From a virus, in the IMG/VR virus record IMGVR_UViG_3300017978_000297, positions 1 to 22,512 of that record: a stretch of DNA of 22,512 nt. One strand, written 5' to 3'. The notes beneath the pieces are model-generated. The model was not told the origin of the DNA and did no database searches. It saw only the letters and a program-made list of their open reading frames with translations. The translations under genes and the position numbers were made by a program. Shown here piece by piece: positions 7,193 through 16,241 of the stretch (positions are counted from its first letter, which is position 1; the number at the start of each line of letters is the position of its first letter).

Positions 7193-8422
7193 TTAATGCA
7201 ATTCAATAAACATACCTTCTACACTTAGTCCTTTGAGCTCTCCTCTTTTGATTTTTTGCCAAGTTTGTTCATCATTGATACGATAGCTGAGCATCCACGT
7301 CCCAATAGGAAGATTAAAGCCATATTTAGCAGATTTATCAAATTTAGTGTCTTCGATAATCCAAGATTCAAGTAAAGTATTATCAGCCACGACAGCGCCA
7401 TTATGATTAACGTCAGTATTGTTCTGATATGACTTTTTGAAAAAGCGTTCAGCAATTTCTCTAATAGTTTTTTTACTAAAGTAGACATAATATAACTCAC
7501 CAGTTTCTTCATCTTTTCTTAATATAAATTTATTTGGTATCATAGCTGGTGCGATAATGATACGTTCATCTTCGTTTTCAACTGCAAAACTAGTGTGAGT
7601 AAATCTTGCATTGTCAGGTACTGCACCGTTAGGTGATGGAGCCATAGTATTGTTACTCAAACCTGCTGCACCATTTGCTGGCCCTTTATTAATATAAATT
7701 TCTTGACCATCTTGTTGTGTAATTACTTGGATTTCATTCCAATAATGGCGACAATTTACGCCTGATTTCCAATCTAATAAAGGATTTGCATCTGCTCCAT
7801 GTGCTTCAGATCTTTCACCTGTTGAAATATATTCACTCATGTTTATACTTGCCATATTACGTAATTCATCGCGCGTATAGAGTCTGTTTAGTCTCAACAT
7901 AGCTTTACAGAAGTTTCTTTCAGCTGATGGTCCAGCATATTGGTATTTAGTTACACTAGATCTGTTTTCACCAGCTAATGCATCTAAACCAGCTAATCCT
8001 TTTAAATAATCACCTAATGTAGCGAATTCTGTTTTACCTAATTCTAACCAGTGTGCTGCTGGATTTACATCTTCGCCTAATTCAGCTGCCATTTTTAGAA
8101 TGCCTTCTTCTTGTTCTTCACTTAATATGTGGTGTGAGCATTTATGTGAGCTCATTTGTTCTTCTTGCCAAGTTGCATAACAAATAGCTGCAGCTTGATC
8201 TTGTTCATAACCTTCATTGATTAATTCAGGAATACAACGTCCAATATACTCTTCTTCTGTTTCACCAGTGTTTACGTCTACAAAAGATTCTTTTTTAAAT
8301 GCAAAGAAGTCTACTTCAATAGCTGGTGAATCTACAATCGATACAACAGATACTCCAGCGTCTTCTGTATTAATTTGTTCGTGGTTGATAACTAATTCAA
8401 CGATTTTTTTGATAGGTCTCAT
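7193..8422 (-). CDS. XkdF-type (Peptidase_S78_2-like) prohead protease with a large inserted segment carrying MuF/SPP1-gp7-like head-morphogenesis motifs
   Basis: The N-terminal strand is VSVVSIVDSPAIEVDFFAFKK. The C-terminal part, IIIAPAMIPNKFILRKDEETGELYYVYFSKKTIREIAERFFK...NHNGAVV...ESWIIED...GTWMLSYRINDEQTWQKIKRGELKGLSVEG, follows the B. subtilis XkdF pattern. The insert (aa 45-283) contains CIPELINEGYEQDQAAAICYATW and AERNFCKAM...LYTRDEL...GVNCRHYW. Confidence 0.7.
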   Translation of the reverse strand: MRPIKKIVELVINHEQINTEDAGVSVVSIVDSPAIEVDFFAFKKESFVDVNTGETEEEYIGRCIPELINEGYEQDQAAAICYATWQEEQMSSHKCSHHILSEEQEEGILKMAAELGEDVNPAAHWLELGKTEFATLGDYLKGLAGLDALAGENRSSVTKYQYAGPSAERNFCKAMLRLNRLYTRDELRNMASINMSEYISTGERSEAHGADANPLLDWKSGVNCRHYWNEIQVITQQDGQEIYINKGPANGAAGLSNNTMAPSPNGAVPDNARFTHTSFAVENEDERIIIAPAMIPNKFILRKDEETGELYYVYFSKKTIREIAERFFKKSYQNNTDVNHNGAVVADNTLLESWIIEDTKFDKSAKYGFNLPIGTWMLSYRINDEQTWQKIKRGELKGLSVEGMFIELH

Positions 8423-8430
8423 ATATTTAA

Positions 8431-10497
8431 TTATAATTTTGCTAATCTGTTAATTTTAGCTGTTGCTTCTTGGCTTGATGTCATATCATCTGATACAACG
8501 TATGTTTTGATAGGCACATTTACTGAAGATTCTACAGCTGATTGTAATTCTGCAATCGATGGTACTAAACCACCATCTGCAAATTTAGGTCTTGCTACAG
8601 AATTTAACGACATAGCCATTTGTGCTACGCCTGGTTGAGCCATAGCATATTTATTAATAATAAATTCACCGCCTTCAGCCTCAATAGGTACTCCACCGCT
8701 CGAGTGTGAATTACCAACGATTAAACCACCTGTTGCAGCTTTTGGTGTTTCAACTTTTACAATGTCTCTTACTTGTTTTAAACCTGCAGCAATTTGCACA
8801 CCTGCCATAACTGGTTTTAACCAAGTTGGTATAATAGTTGGATCCTTCATAACTTGCGAAGCACCTAAATATGTGTTAATAGTCGCTTGCGCAATCGCAG
8901 CTGATTTTCCTGCTGCTGTTTCTTTACCTAAAAGTTCTGAAACTGAACCAAATAAACCAGCTGAGATAGCTAAAGATCTTTGAGCTGAAGCTTCTTTATT
9001 TTTAACACGTAAATCATCATAGAATGCTTCGATTCTTGCTCTTTCTTCTTCAGTACCTTTTAATTTATCTAATTCTGCTAATGCTTTTGTTTCTTCTTCG
9101 TCTAAACGAACAGCTTCAGCTTCAAAAACTGTTTGATCTTTGGCTATTTTATACTCTTCTAATAAAAGATCTTTGGCTTGTTGATTAGTTAAAGCTTGTT
9201 CTTTACGTTTATTAGCATAAAAACCTTCAATTACATCTACTGATTTTTCATATTCTTCTGCAGTCATTAATTTTTCATCAAGACGTGCTTTTGCAGCAGC
9301 CATTGCATCTGCTTCTTCTTTATCAGTAATAGCTTTGGTATCAGCATACGTTTTCTCAGTCATTTGGATTTTATAACCAAGTAACCATTCTTCTTGTGCT
9401 TTTACTCTGTCTTTTTCTTTTTGATTTTCTTCTTCTGCTTTTAAATTCTTTTCTTGAGTAGCTTTATCGACTGCTTGCTTTTCTAAAACAGCGTATGCAG
9501 AGTTCAATTGCTTGATTTGTTCAGCAGTTGCACCTTTTTCTTTTAACATCTTTAGATCAGCCTCTTTCTGAGCTAATACCGTGCGTCTGGCGATCTCGAT
9601 AGTGTCAGTTAATTGTTTATCTTGCAGATCCTTTAATTTATCAGCCACAGCTTCTGCATTCTCTCTACGTTTGTTTTCAGCCGCTATAGCTTTTTCGCTG
9701 GCTTCTTTACGTTTAGCAGATAACTCATCTTGCTTTTTCTTTTCAGCTTCTGCTCTTTCTTTAGATTTTTCTGCAGCTGCTTGTTGTACTTCATCAATAT
9801 TAAAAGTAGCTTCTTTGATTTTCTTTTCAGATATACCTAAAGCAGCAACCATATCACCGAAACCTTCAGCGACAAATTCAAGCACATCAGCAAAGGCATT
9901 AAAAATAGGTAGAGCTACTTTTTCTACTAAAGCTAAAATAGGGCCTATGATTTTTGAAAAGGCACTACTGATTTTATTTAATGTTGCTTGACCTTCAGCT
10001 GTTGAGCCTAAAGCCTTTTTCATTAACATAAATGCACCAACGATACCTGCAATAACTGCAAGTATTGGATTAGCCATAAAGATTTTAAAGACACCATCTA
10101 AACCTTTCATTGCATTACCAGCTGCACCAGCAGGACCTGGCAATGAGGCTAATTGATCATCAAACTGACTAGATTGAAATTTAGTCTTTTCTAAACTTTC
10201 TTCGAGATCATCTAATTGACCACGAAGTGCTTTAAACTTTACTTTATCACCTGCTGCAGCAGCTTGTTGTAATTCTACTTGAGTTTTACGAATCTGTGTT
10301 TGTAATTTAGTAAAACTATCACCAGTTTCATCATTCTGTTTGGCTTGCTTTTTACTCGAATCACTAGATTTTTTTTGGGCTTTCTGTACTTCTTCATTTT
10401 CTTGTACCAAACCACCCATGGCTTTTTGTAAATCTTCAACAGATTTTACTTCTTGATCTATACCATCTATTTTAAAGCTAATGTTAACTACCGCCAT
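8431..10497 (-). CDS. Tape-measure-like protein (coiled-coil with internal hydrophobic segments); alternatively an internal or ejection protein
   Basis: 688 aa with long Lys/Glu/Ala coiled-coil stretches. Hydrophobic blocks are ANPILAVIAGIVGAFMLM and IIGPILALVEKVALPIF. The C-terminus carries a Gly-rich motif, GGLIVGNSHSSGGVPIEAEGGEFIINKYA ... FADGGLV. Confidence 0.6.
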   Translation of the reverse strand: MAVVNISFKIDGIDQEVKSVEDLQKAMGGLVQENEEVQKAQKKSSDSSKKQAKQNDETGDSFTKLQTQIRKTQVELQQAAAAGDKVKFKALRGQLDDLEESLEKTKFQSSQFDDQLASLPGPAGAAGNAMKGLDGVFKIFMANPILAVIAGIVGAFMLMKKALGSTAEGQATLNKISSAFSKIIGPILALVEKVALPIFNAFADVLEFVAEGFGDMVAALGISEKKIKEATFNIDEVQQAAAEKSKERAEAEKKKQDELSAKRKEASEKAIAAENKRRENAEAVADKLKDLQDKQLTDTIEIARRTVLAQKEADLKMLKEKGATAEQIKQLNSAYAVLEKQAVDKATQEKNLKAEEENQKEKDRVKAQEEWLLGYKIQMTEKTYADTKAITDKEEADAMAAAKARLDEKLMTAEEYEKSVDVIEGFYANKRKEQALTNQQAKDLLLEEYKIAKDQTVFEAEAVRLDEEETKALAELDKLKGTEEERARIEAFYDDLRVKNKEASAQRSLAISAGLFGSVSELLGKETAAGKSAAIAQATINTYLGASQVMKDPTIIPTWLKPVMAGVQIAAGLKQVRDIVKVETPKAATGGLIVGNSHSSGGVPIEAEGGEFIINKYAMAQPGVAQMAMSLNSVARPKFADGGLVPSIAELQSAVESSVNVPIKTYVVSDDMTSSQEATAKINRLAKL

Positions 10498-10529
10498 ATT
10501 ATAATTGTGTTTTCTATTTAGAAATATAA

Positions 10530-10556
10530 AAGAGTGGGCTTTTGAAACCCACTCTT
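10530..10556 (-). terminator. Rho-independent terminator between the 1068-aa tail gene and the tape-measure-like gene
   Basis: A perfect 9-bp stem pairs aagagtggg (10530..10538) with cccactctt (10548..10556), with a 9-nt loop. In minus-strand sense it is followed by TTTTATATTT. Confidence 0.7.
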
Positions 10557-10566
10557 GTTTAATTTT

Positions 10567-13500
10567 TTAGCAAGTAGGTCCCCATATAACTCTATGTTCA
10601 CCTCCAAATGCTGTTAATGTTCCGTATACTACGCCTGGACAACTAATCATTGTATCAAAACCAGGATCTAAAAGAATAAAGTTATAGGTACCGTCACAAT
10701 TTTGATATTGTACTTCTACTTGGAATTCAGATTCGTTGATAACGCTAACTTCTCTACAATCACCTATTGGTATTGGGTCGCATATACCATTAGCATTTGC
10801 ATAGTTTTGTCCATCGTTATTAAAGTTTGCATCAGCTATAGCCTCTGCATCTGCTTGTGAAATAGTTGATGTGTATGTGTTACTATACGATACTGAAGTG
10901 CCAGTATAACCAGGTGCACAATCATTTTTAGTAAATGTACCAGATCTCGGTGCTGAATACGTTGTAGGTGGTGTAACTGTACATGTACCGTTGATATTTG
11001 CATAGTTTTGACCATCTGTATTAAAGTTTGCATCAGCTATAGCATTTGCATCTGCTTGTGAAATCATAGATGTGTATGTATGCTCATAAAATACTGAAGA
11101 ACCTATGTAACCAGGATCACAATTATTTCTTGTAAAATTACCAGATCTATATGCTGAATATGAAGTACAAACTGCATTAATAACTTGATATGCTGTACAA
11201 CCAGCTGCATCAGTTACAGTTAAAGAGTATGCTGCGTCTGGCACACCTGTTAAATTTGGTGTAGTTGCTCCATTAGACCATAAATAGGTAAAAGGTGCAG
11301 TACCACCAGATAAAAGAGATGTGATATCGTTTGAATTTGAACCACTACAACCAGCAGATAAATTCAATTGCATTTCTGGTGAATTTGTAATTGACCAAGC
11401 TTGAGATGCAGTTCTACCAGCAGCATCAGTGACTACCACTACATATAAACCAGCAGCAACGTTAGTTATACTAGGTCCAGTTAGAGATGGTTGGTTAACT
11501 CCATCTTTTGTCCATGCGTATGTGTATGGTGAAGTACCTCCTATTGCAGAGATTTCTATATTACCACTAGCACTACCAGCACATGATACTAAATCTGTAG
11601 AAACTGTAATAATTTCTAAAGGAGCAATTGGTGAGAAGTTTAATAATTTAATCAAATCAACTTTAACAGATGCTAATTCACCAATTGGTGCATCATAGAT
11701 TTTTTGTATACGCCAGTATGCATTTTCAACCCAAATAACATCATCAAAAGTGATAGCTGCTAAATCTGTTACATCTAACATAAAATATGCTGTTAGTTTT
11801 CTAGCATTTGGATCATATAAACTATCAATGTAATCCTTCCAATATTTTTCATATACTGAACTACCTAATAAACCATTATAACCAGTGATTGTTTCGCCAT
11901 AATATGGCGCTTCAATTTCCCAGTTTAGGTTTACATCATCAGCAAGCGGTGGCCAATTTTCATGATATGATACAATTGGTGAAACATCGATTTGTTGATT
12001 AGTTTCTAAATGCCATGACACTAGTGATGTGATTAAACCATTATAAAATAATAAACGTGGTTCAACTTCAATAGGAATATGTCTTGTAACATTATCTTTT
12101 GTTTCTTCTTTATGTAAATGTGCTATGATCCAATTATTTGCTGGATCTCCACCTTCTATTTGTTTGATTGGTGTTGAAGCAAAAGGAGATATGTTAGCTC
12201 TTTCACCATCTATTAATTCATTTTGTGAATCATAAATAAAACGACCAAATGTTTCACCAAACGTATCTTTATTTTCTGTGCTCAACACGTCTTTACCTTC
12301 AATATCTGAAAATGTAATAGTTGAAGACTGTGAATAAAAAACTGGTTCGATTGCAATGTCTTTTGTGTAATCTAATTTTGAATTCCAATCAAAAAGATCA
12401 CCTTGACCAATATAAAGATACCATGGTTCAATAGTAAATTGATTAGGTTTTATTAAATCTGGTACCATTACTAATCTAAAACGATTTAGAATAGCTTTGA
12501 TAAAATCAATTTGTTTGATTTTAGAAGACAAAAGATCTGCAACAGTTTCACCACCAGGAGCTTGTGTACAGAAAAACTGACCATTGTATGTTGTGAAATC
12601 TGGTTTTATAGTACCAGCAGCTTCGATAGAACCTCTAATATCGATTTGATCACCTGTTATTAACTGTACAGAAGTTGGTAATGAAATTGAAAGGTTTTGA
12701 TAAACATATTGACTGTTTTGTGCAAAAGTAATTACAGATGTTTGCGCAATCTGCACATTATTTTTAAAAATGTATAATTTACATGTGAAATTACCAGCAG
12801 GACCGTTGTTGGTAAAATTAAAAGTACCACTAGAACTAAAATTATAAAATCCGTTTTGAGGTGCTGTGTATTTTCCATTTTGAGGGTTGTATACGTTATT
12901 AAAATCATTTACTTCAACATCAAATTCAATAATCTCTGGTATACCTTGATTAGATACGAAAGTATTTAATGAAGTGTATGCACTCATAGTATTACCAGCA
13001 CCAACCACTTTAAGTGGAGATGCTTCATTACCAAAAGCTGACAAATAGATTTTTTTAAAAAAAGCAGAGTTTAAAAAATTAGATTGATATGTATAACCAG
13101 TTTGATTAAAAATGGCATCAAAAACAGATTTAACTCTAATCATTGGTCTCAATTGAAAAACTGATAATGGATGTGAGCCTTGTGTAAAATTTTTAGGACC
13201 ATTTAATCTAACCATAGATTGCAATGGGTTTCCGCTATTATCATACGCTACACCAAAATCTATTAAAGGATAAACGATATCACCGTTGAATATACCTGCA
13301 TTTGGATCTAATGGATCAGCATCCCATGAATCAATAATAAGTTGTCTAGATTGCAAGTGTTCATATTGTGATAAATCTAAATTACTCAAATAACCTTGAC
13401 CAACTGCTGATGCAAAGTCTCTAACTTCACCCATAAAAAGAGTTTCATAATCTACTTTGCCAATAGTTTTATCAACTATAACACGTTGTAGTCTAATCTG

Positions 13501-13773
13501 ACCATCTTTAAAGAAAGTCTGATCAACAAACAATTCTGCTTTGATTTTTTTAGTCACATCAAAGTCTATACCGTTGACATTAAACCACCATTTAAAAAAT
13601 GTGTCGTTTTTGTCTGTCGATGGCATTCTAAATGAACGTGAAAAAGCAGATTCAATTTGACCTGCTTCGGTGATTGATTCTGCTGTTAATGTAATTTTTA
13701 TAGGATCTGTTTCATACAAATCAAGTTCAAACTTGATGTCTGTTTTAGGATCGTAAACAAATAGTTGGACCAT
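10567..13773 (-). CDS. Large tail / baseplate host-recognition protein with C-terminal SprB-type repeats, DUF5977-type repeats and a Cys-rich terminal domain
   Basis: 1068 aa. Residues 722-797 and 802-868 match the SprB-repeat pattern (CAGSASGNIEISAIGGTSPYTYAW...AGLYVVVVTDAAG; CSGSNSNDITSLLSGGTAPFTYLW...YSLTVTDAAGC). Residues 871-931 and 939-998 are two copies of FT(R/K)N(N/D)C.PGY.G(S/T)SV.Y...YTS.ISQADA.AIADANFN.DGQNYAN.NG.C. Residues 1006-1068 contain 4 further Cys. Confidence 0.75.
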   Translation of the reverse strand: MVQLFVYDPKTDIKFELDLYETDPIKITLTAESITEAGQIESAFSRSFRMPSTDKNDTFFKWWFNVNGIDFDVTKKIKAELFVDQTFFKDGQIRLQRVIVDKTIGKVDYETLFMGEVRDFASAVGQGYLSNLDLSQYEHLQSRQLIIDSWDADPLDPNAGIFNGDIVYPLIDFGVAYDNSGNPLQSMVRLNGPKNFTQGSHPLSVFQLRPMIRVKSVFDAIFNQTGYTYQSNFLNSAFFKKIYLSAFGNEASPLKVVGAGNTMSAYTSLNTFVSNQGIPEIIEFDVEVNDFNNVYNPQNGKYTAPQNGFYNFSSSGTFNFTNNGPAGNFTCKLYIFKNNVQIAQTSVITFAQNSQYVYQNLSISLPTSVQLITGDQIDIRGSIEAAGTIKPDFTTYNGQFFCTQAPGGETVADLLSSKIKQIDFIKAILNRFRLVMVPDLIKPNQFTIEPWYLYIGQGDLFDWNSKLDYTKDIAIEPVFYSQSSTITFSDIEGKDVLSTENKDTFGETFGRFIYDSQNELIDGERANISPFASTPIKQIEGGDPANNWIIAHLHKEETKDNVTRHIPIEVEPRLLFYNGLITSLVSWHLETNQQIDVSPIVSYHENWPPLADDVNLNWEIEAPYYGETITGYNGLLGSSVYEKYWKDYIDSLYDPNARKLTAYFMLDVTDLAAITFDDVIWVENAYWRIQKIYDAPIGELASVKVDLIKLLNFSPIAPLEIITVSTDLVSCAGSASGNIEISAIGGTSPYTYAWTKDGVNQPSLTGPSITNVAAGLYVVVVTDAAGRTASQAWSITNSPEMQLNLSAGCSGSNSNDITSLLSGGTAPFTYLWSNGATTPNLTGVPDAAYSLTVTDAAGCTAYQVINAVCTSYSAYRSGNFTRNNCDPGYIGSSVFYEHTYTSMISQADANAIADANFNTDGQNYANINGTCTVTPPTTYSAPRSGTFTKNDCAPGYTGTSVSYSNTYTSTISQADAEAIADANFNNDGQNYANANGICDPIPIGDCREVSVINESEFQVEVQYQNCDGTYNFILLDPGFDTMISCPGVVYGTLTAFGGEHRVIWGPTC
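10780..11163 (-). repeat. Intragenic tandem duplication with a period of about 201 nt (67 aa); two DUF5977-type modules
   Basis: Compare about 10795..10880 (atttgcatagttttgtccatcgttattaaagtttgcatcagctatagcctctgcatctgcttgtgaaat) with about 10993..11080 (atttgcatagttttgaccatctgtattaaagtttgcatcagctatagcatttgcatctgcttgtgaaat). Confidence 0.85.
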
Positions 13774-13774
13774 A

Positions 13775-15331
13775 TTATGAACGTTGTGTTTTATATTTAG
13801 CGTCAGCTAAAAATTCAAAATTGTATTGATATAATTTATCAGTAGCTCTACGTTTAGGCGTAACAGATTGTGTGGTTATAACACCTTTTATACTTGCCAG
13901 AGATAATTCATCGCCCGAAACACCAGGATAAACGTTATCAAATGGCATCTGTGTTAGTAAATAAGCTGCTGGTGAAGCAAAGGCTTGTCTAATAAACGTT
14001 TCACTATAGTCATTCATATAATCTGTTGAGCAACTAAAGGTGATTGTAGATTCTGTATCGTTAACATGATTACGCGTATCGAACCAACTACCTCCATCAC
14101 TTAGATTTTCATTACGCCACATAGATTTTTTATTTGAATATGTTACTTTAACATTTTTTAAATTTATAACATCCCAACCGCCAAGTGAATTCATGAATAT
14201 TAATTGACCTGGTTTTTCTCTTGATGATGGTAAATCATTATAATTCGAATCACATGTGTCAATAAAGTTAACTCTGTATGCTGCGATAGGTACTAAACCT
14301 GAAAATTCTGCAATCGATGCTGAATCATAACAGTTTAATTGATTACCAGACCATGGTCTATTACATGCTTGAGGATCTGCGTATGAGTGTGCTGTAATCC
14401 ATGCGTGTGTTGCATTTAATTCATTACCAAAACCATAGTATTGATAGCCCATTGAAAGTGCTGAATAATCTCCTGGAATATCAACATTACCAGGCAATGC
14501 ACTTGCAGTTGATGGTCCACACGATGTTTGAGGTCCCCAACCTAATTGTGTACTATTAGAAATCCAGTTTGTGCCTATTAATGTTGTATTATTATAATAT
14601 CTAACTTGAAATGAAAATAAACCATGTAATGGTATAGATCTGTTAGTATCAAAAGGAAATTGACCAGGTGAACTCCATTGTTGCACATACATTGGCACTA
14701 CAGAACCACCACGACGATATAAATCAACTTGTGGCACTTCAAAGCCAGCATCAGCTGCAAACCACATTGTTGGATCCATTGATTTTGTAATCCAGTTAGG
14801 TTGCCATGTTAAAAGTCCTGCATTGGTCCAGTTAGGCAAACAATCTACGCAATTAGGAGGCAATTGATTATTTGTATACCATGTTAAAATATCAAAAGGT
14901 CTATCTTCAGGAAATGCAAGTCCAGTCGAACCATTATATGCCATGTCACCTGTTGTACTAACTTCAGGATCTACTGTAGATTCGCCAATAACGCCTGAAA
15001 TATACAATTGAAATTCTGAAGCCCAACCTGTTAATCTGTGTTGAATGATATTGTTAAATGATTGAATGTTTCCGACAGTTTCATCTGTTTTAACATACGC
15101 TTTAATATATGGCGCCACATCAAAATAAAGTTTACCATCTGGGTTTGCTGGTTGTTGAATCTCAGCTACTTGCACATTGTTAACAACTACTCTAACTCGA
15201 TATTTATAACCAGATTGTAGTCCTGATGCGTTTTGTCTTTCTGCAACACATATTAATTTTGAATACGCAGCGGTCCATGGATCAAAATGCGTATAATTAT
15301 TAGGTTGTTTAAAAATTTGAATTGTTGCCAT
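13775..15331 (-). CDS. Tail / baseplate structural protein, function unknown
   Basis: A 518-aa Trp/Asn/Gly-rich ORF directly upstream of the 1068-aa tail protein with a 1-nt gap. The call rests on position only. Confidence 0.5.
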   Translation of the reverse strand: MATIQIFKQPNNYTHFDPWTAAYSKLICVAERQNASGLQSGYKYRVRVVVNNVQVAEIQQPANPDGKLYFDVAPYIKAYVKTDETVGNIQSFNNIIQHRLTGWASEFQLYISGVIGESTVDPEVSTTGDMAYNGSTGLAFPEDRPFDILTWYTNNQLPPNCVDCLPNWTNAGLLTWQPNWITKSMDPTMWFAADAGFEVPQVDLYRRGGSVVPMYVQQWSSPGQFPFDTNRSIPLHGLFSFQVRYYNNTTLIGTNWISNSTQLGWGPQTSCGPSTASALPGNVDIPGDYSALSMGYQYYGFGNELNATHAWITAHSYADPQACNRPWSGNQLNCYDSASIAEFSGLVPIAAYRVNFIDTCDSNYNDLPSSREKPGQLIFMNSLGGWDVINLKNVKVTYSNKKSMWRNENLSDGGSWFDTRNHVNDTESTITFSCSTDYMNDYSETFIRQAFASPAAYLLTQMPFDNVYPGVSGDELSLASIKGVITTQSVTPKRRATDKLYQYNFEFLADAKYKTQRS

Positions 15332-15333
15332 AT

Positions 15334-15753
15334 TTAATTTATATTATTTAGGTCTTGTTGTAATAATTGATCAAGTCTTTGAGCAACTTGATTTTGTAAT
15401 GTTTCGTAGTTAAAAAACGATTGAGCTGGTATACCAAAACGTCTGGTTTCAAATTTATATTCAGAACCAGATAATGGTTGAGGTTCAATACTTTCAGGTA
15501 CTGTTAAACCAAATGAGTCTTCAGTACCAGATACACCATAGTTTTGAAACATACCATAATAAAGCATTTGAATCTTTAATGTGTTGTTATCAACTACAGC
15601 TTGTAATGATCTTTTTAAATCTCCGCTGTCTTCTGGCGCTAAAGCTCGTATTTGAGCTACTAGTTCTCCACCAATCGTTAAAAGGTGAGCATCTAAATTA
15701 TTTAGTTGCTGACCAAAAGCATTAAGAGCTGATTCGAATTGTTCTACTGTCAT
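15334..15753 (-). CDS. HK97 gp10-like head-tail joining / tail-completion protein
   Basis: ELVAQIRALAPEDSGDLKRSLQAVVDNNTLKIQMLYYGMFQNYG follows the gp10-family signature (..aP..tG.Lr.si.....yy..f.e.G). Confidence 0.6.
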   Translation of the reverse strand: MTVEQFESALNAFGQQLNNLDAHLLTIGGELVAQIRALAPEDSGDLKRSLQAVVDNNTLKIQMLYYGMFQNYGVSGTEDSFGLTVPESIEPQPLSGSEYKFETRRFGIPAQSFFNYETLQNQVAQRLDQLLQQDLNNIN

Positions 15754-15755
15754 AA

Positions 15756-16241
15756 TTAATATGGTACGTCACACGCGTTTAATCCACCTGGAACTGTTAT
15801 ATCTAAAGTTACTGTTACACCTGCAACCCAATCATCAAATCTTTCTTTAAAGGGCGTAACGTTACCTATATTTGAAACAAACCAGTCTTTGTCTTCTGAA
15901 AAATACATTTGAGCTATCAAGTCTGTAGCATAGAGCTCACAATCTGATTGTACTCTTAAGTAATTAGCCATGCCATCAATTTGTGTTTCTTTGATAGCTA
16001 GTTGATCCATAACAATCATAGAAAATGAATAGACTTTCTGATTATTCTGAAGCTTGTGGGTTTGAGGCACTAAAAAAACGTATGGATAATCGACAGCATT
16101 AGTTATGTACTGGCCAGCAGTCTCGGTTGTGTTCTGGTTAATTCTAATATCTGAAGTATAGCCATACCCAAATTGAGCCAATTGTGGATGTTGCTCCACT
16201 AAAATTTTAATCTTGTTAATAGTATCAAAGTATGTCATCAT
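15756..16241 (-). CDS. Hypothetical neck / tail-module protein
   Basis: A 161-aa ORF overlapping its upstream neighbour by 4 nt (ATGA-type coupling). The call rests on position only. Confidence 0.45.
   Translation of the reverse strand: MMTYFDTINKIKILVEQHPQLAQFGYGYTSDIRINQNTTETAGQYITNAVDYPYVFLVPQTHKLQNNQKVYSFSMIVMDQLAIKETQIDGMANYLRVQSDCELYATDLIAQMYFSEDKDWFVSNIGNVTPFKERFDDWVAGVTVTLDITVPGGLNACDVPY

Noticed and set aside
7225-7512. 95-aa minus-strand ORF nested out of frame inside the protease gene
   Set aside because: It overlaps the best-conserved XkdF-like C-terminal region of the 409-aa protein. Its Leu/Ile/Lys-rich sequence is typical of an alternative-frame artefact. I cannot exclude an overprinted gene, but nothing supports one.
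9581-9991. 136-aa plus-strand ORF inside the tape-measure-like gene. The same applies to the other plus-strand ORFs in the track: 2470..2715, 3600..3797, 4515..4709, 4926..5153, 6962..7183, 8217..8453, 8762..8983, 11429..11698, 15474..15725, 16542..16913 and 21027..21215.
   Set aside because: Each lies wholly or largely antisense to a much longer minus-strand ORF with recognisable phage motifs. Their compositions are Ser/Leu/Phe/Cys-rich, as expected from reading AT-rich coding DNA backwards. The whole genome is otherwise transcribed from a single strand.
10836-11033. 65-aa minus-strand ORF out of frame within the DUF5977-type duplication
   Set aside because: It is entirely inside the 1068-aa gene in another frame and His/Gln-rich. 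It is most simply explained by repeat-driven absence of stop codons.
10780-11163. Possibility that the two units of about 200 nt are a diversity-generating retroelement template/variable repeat pair
   Set aside because: No reverse transcriptase is encoded anywhere in the closed genome. The differences between copies are not confined to adenine positions. Both copies are translated as adjacent domains of one protein.
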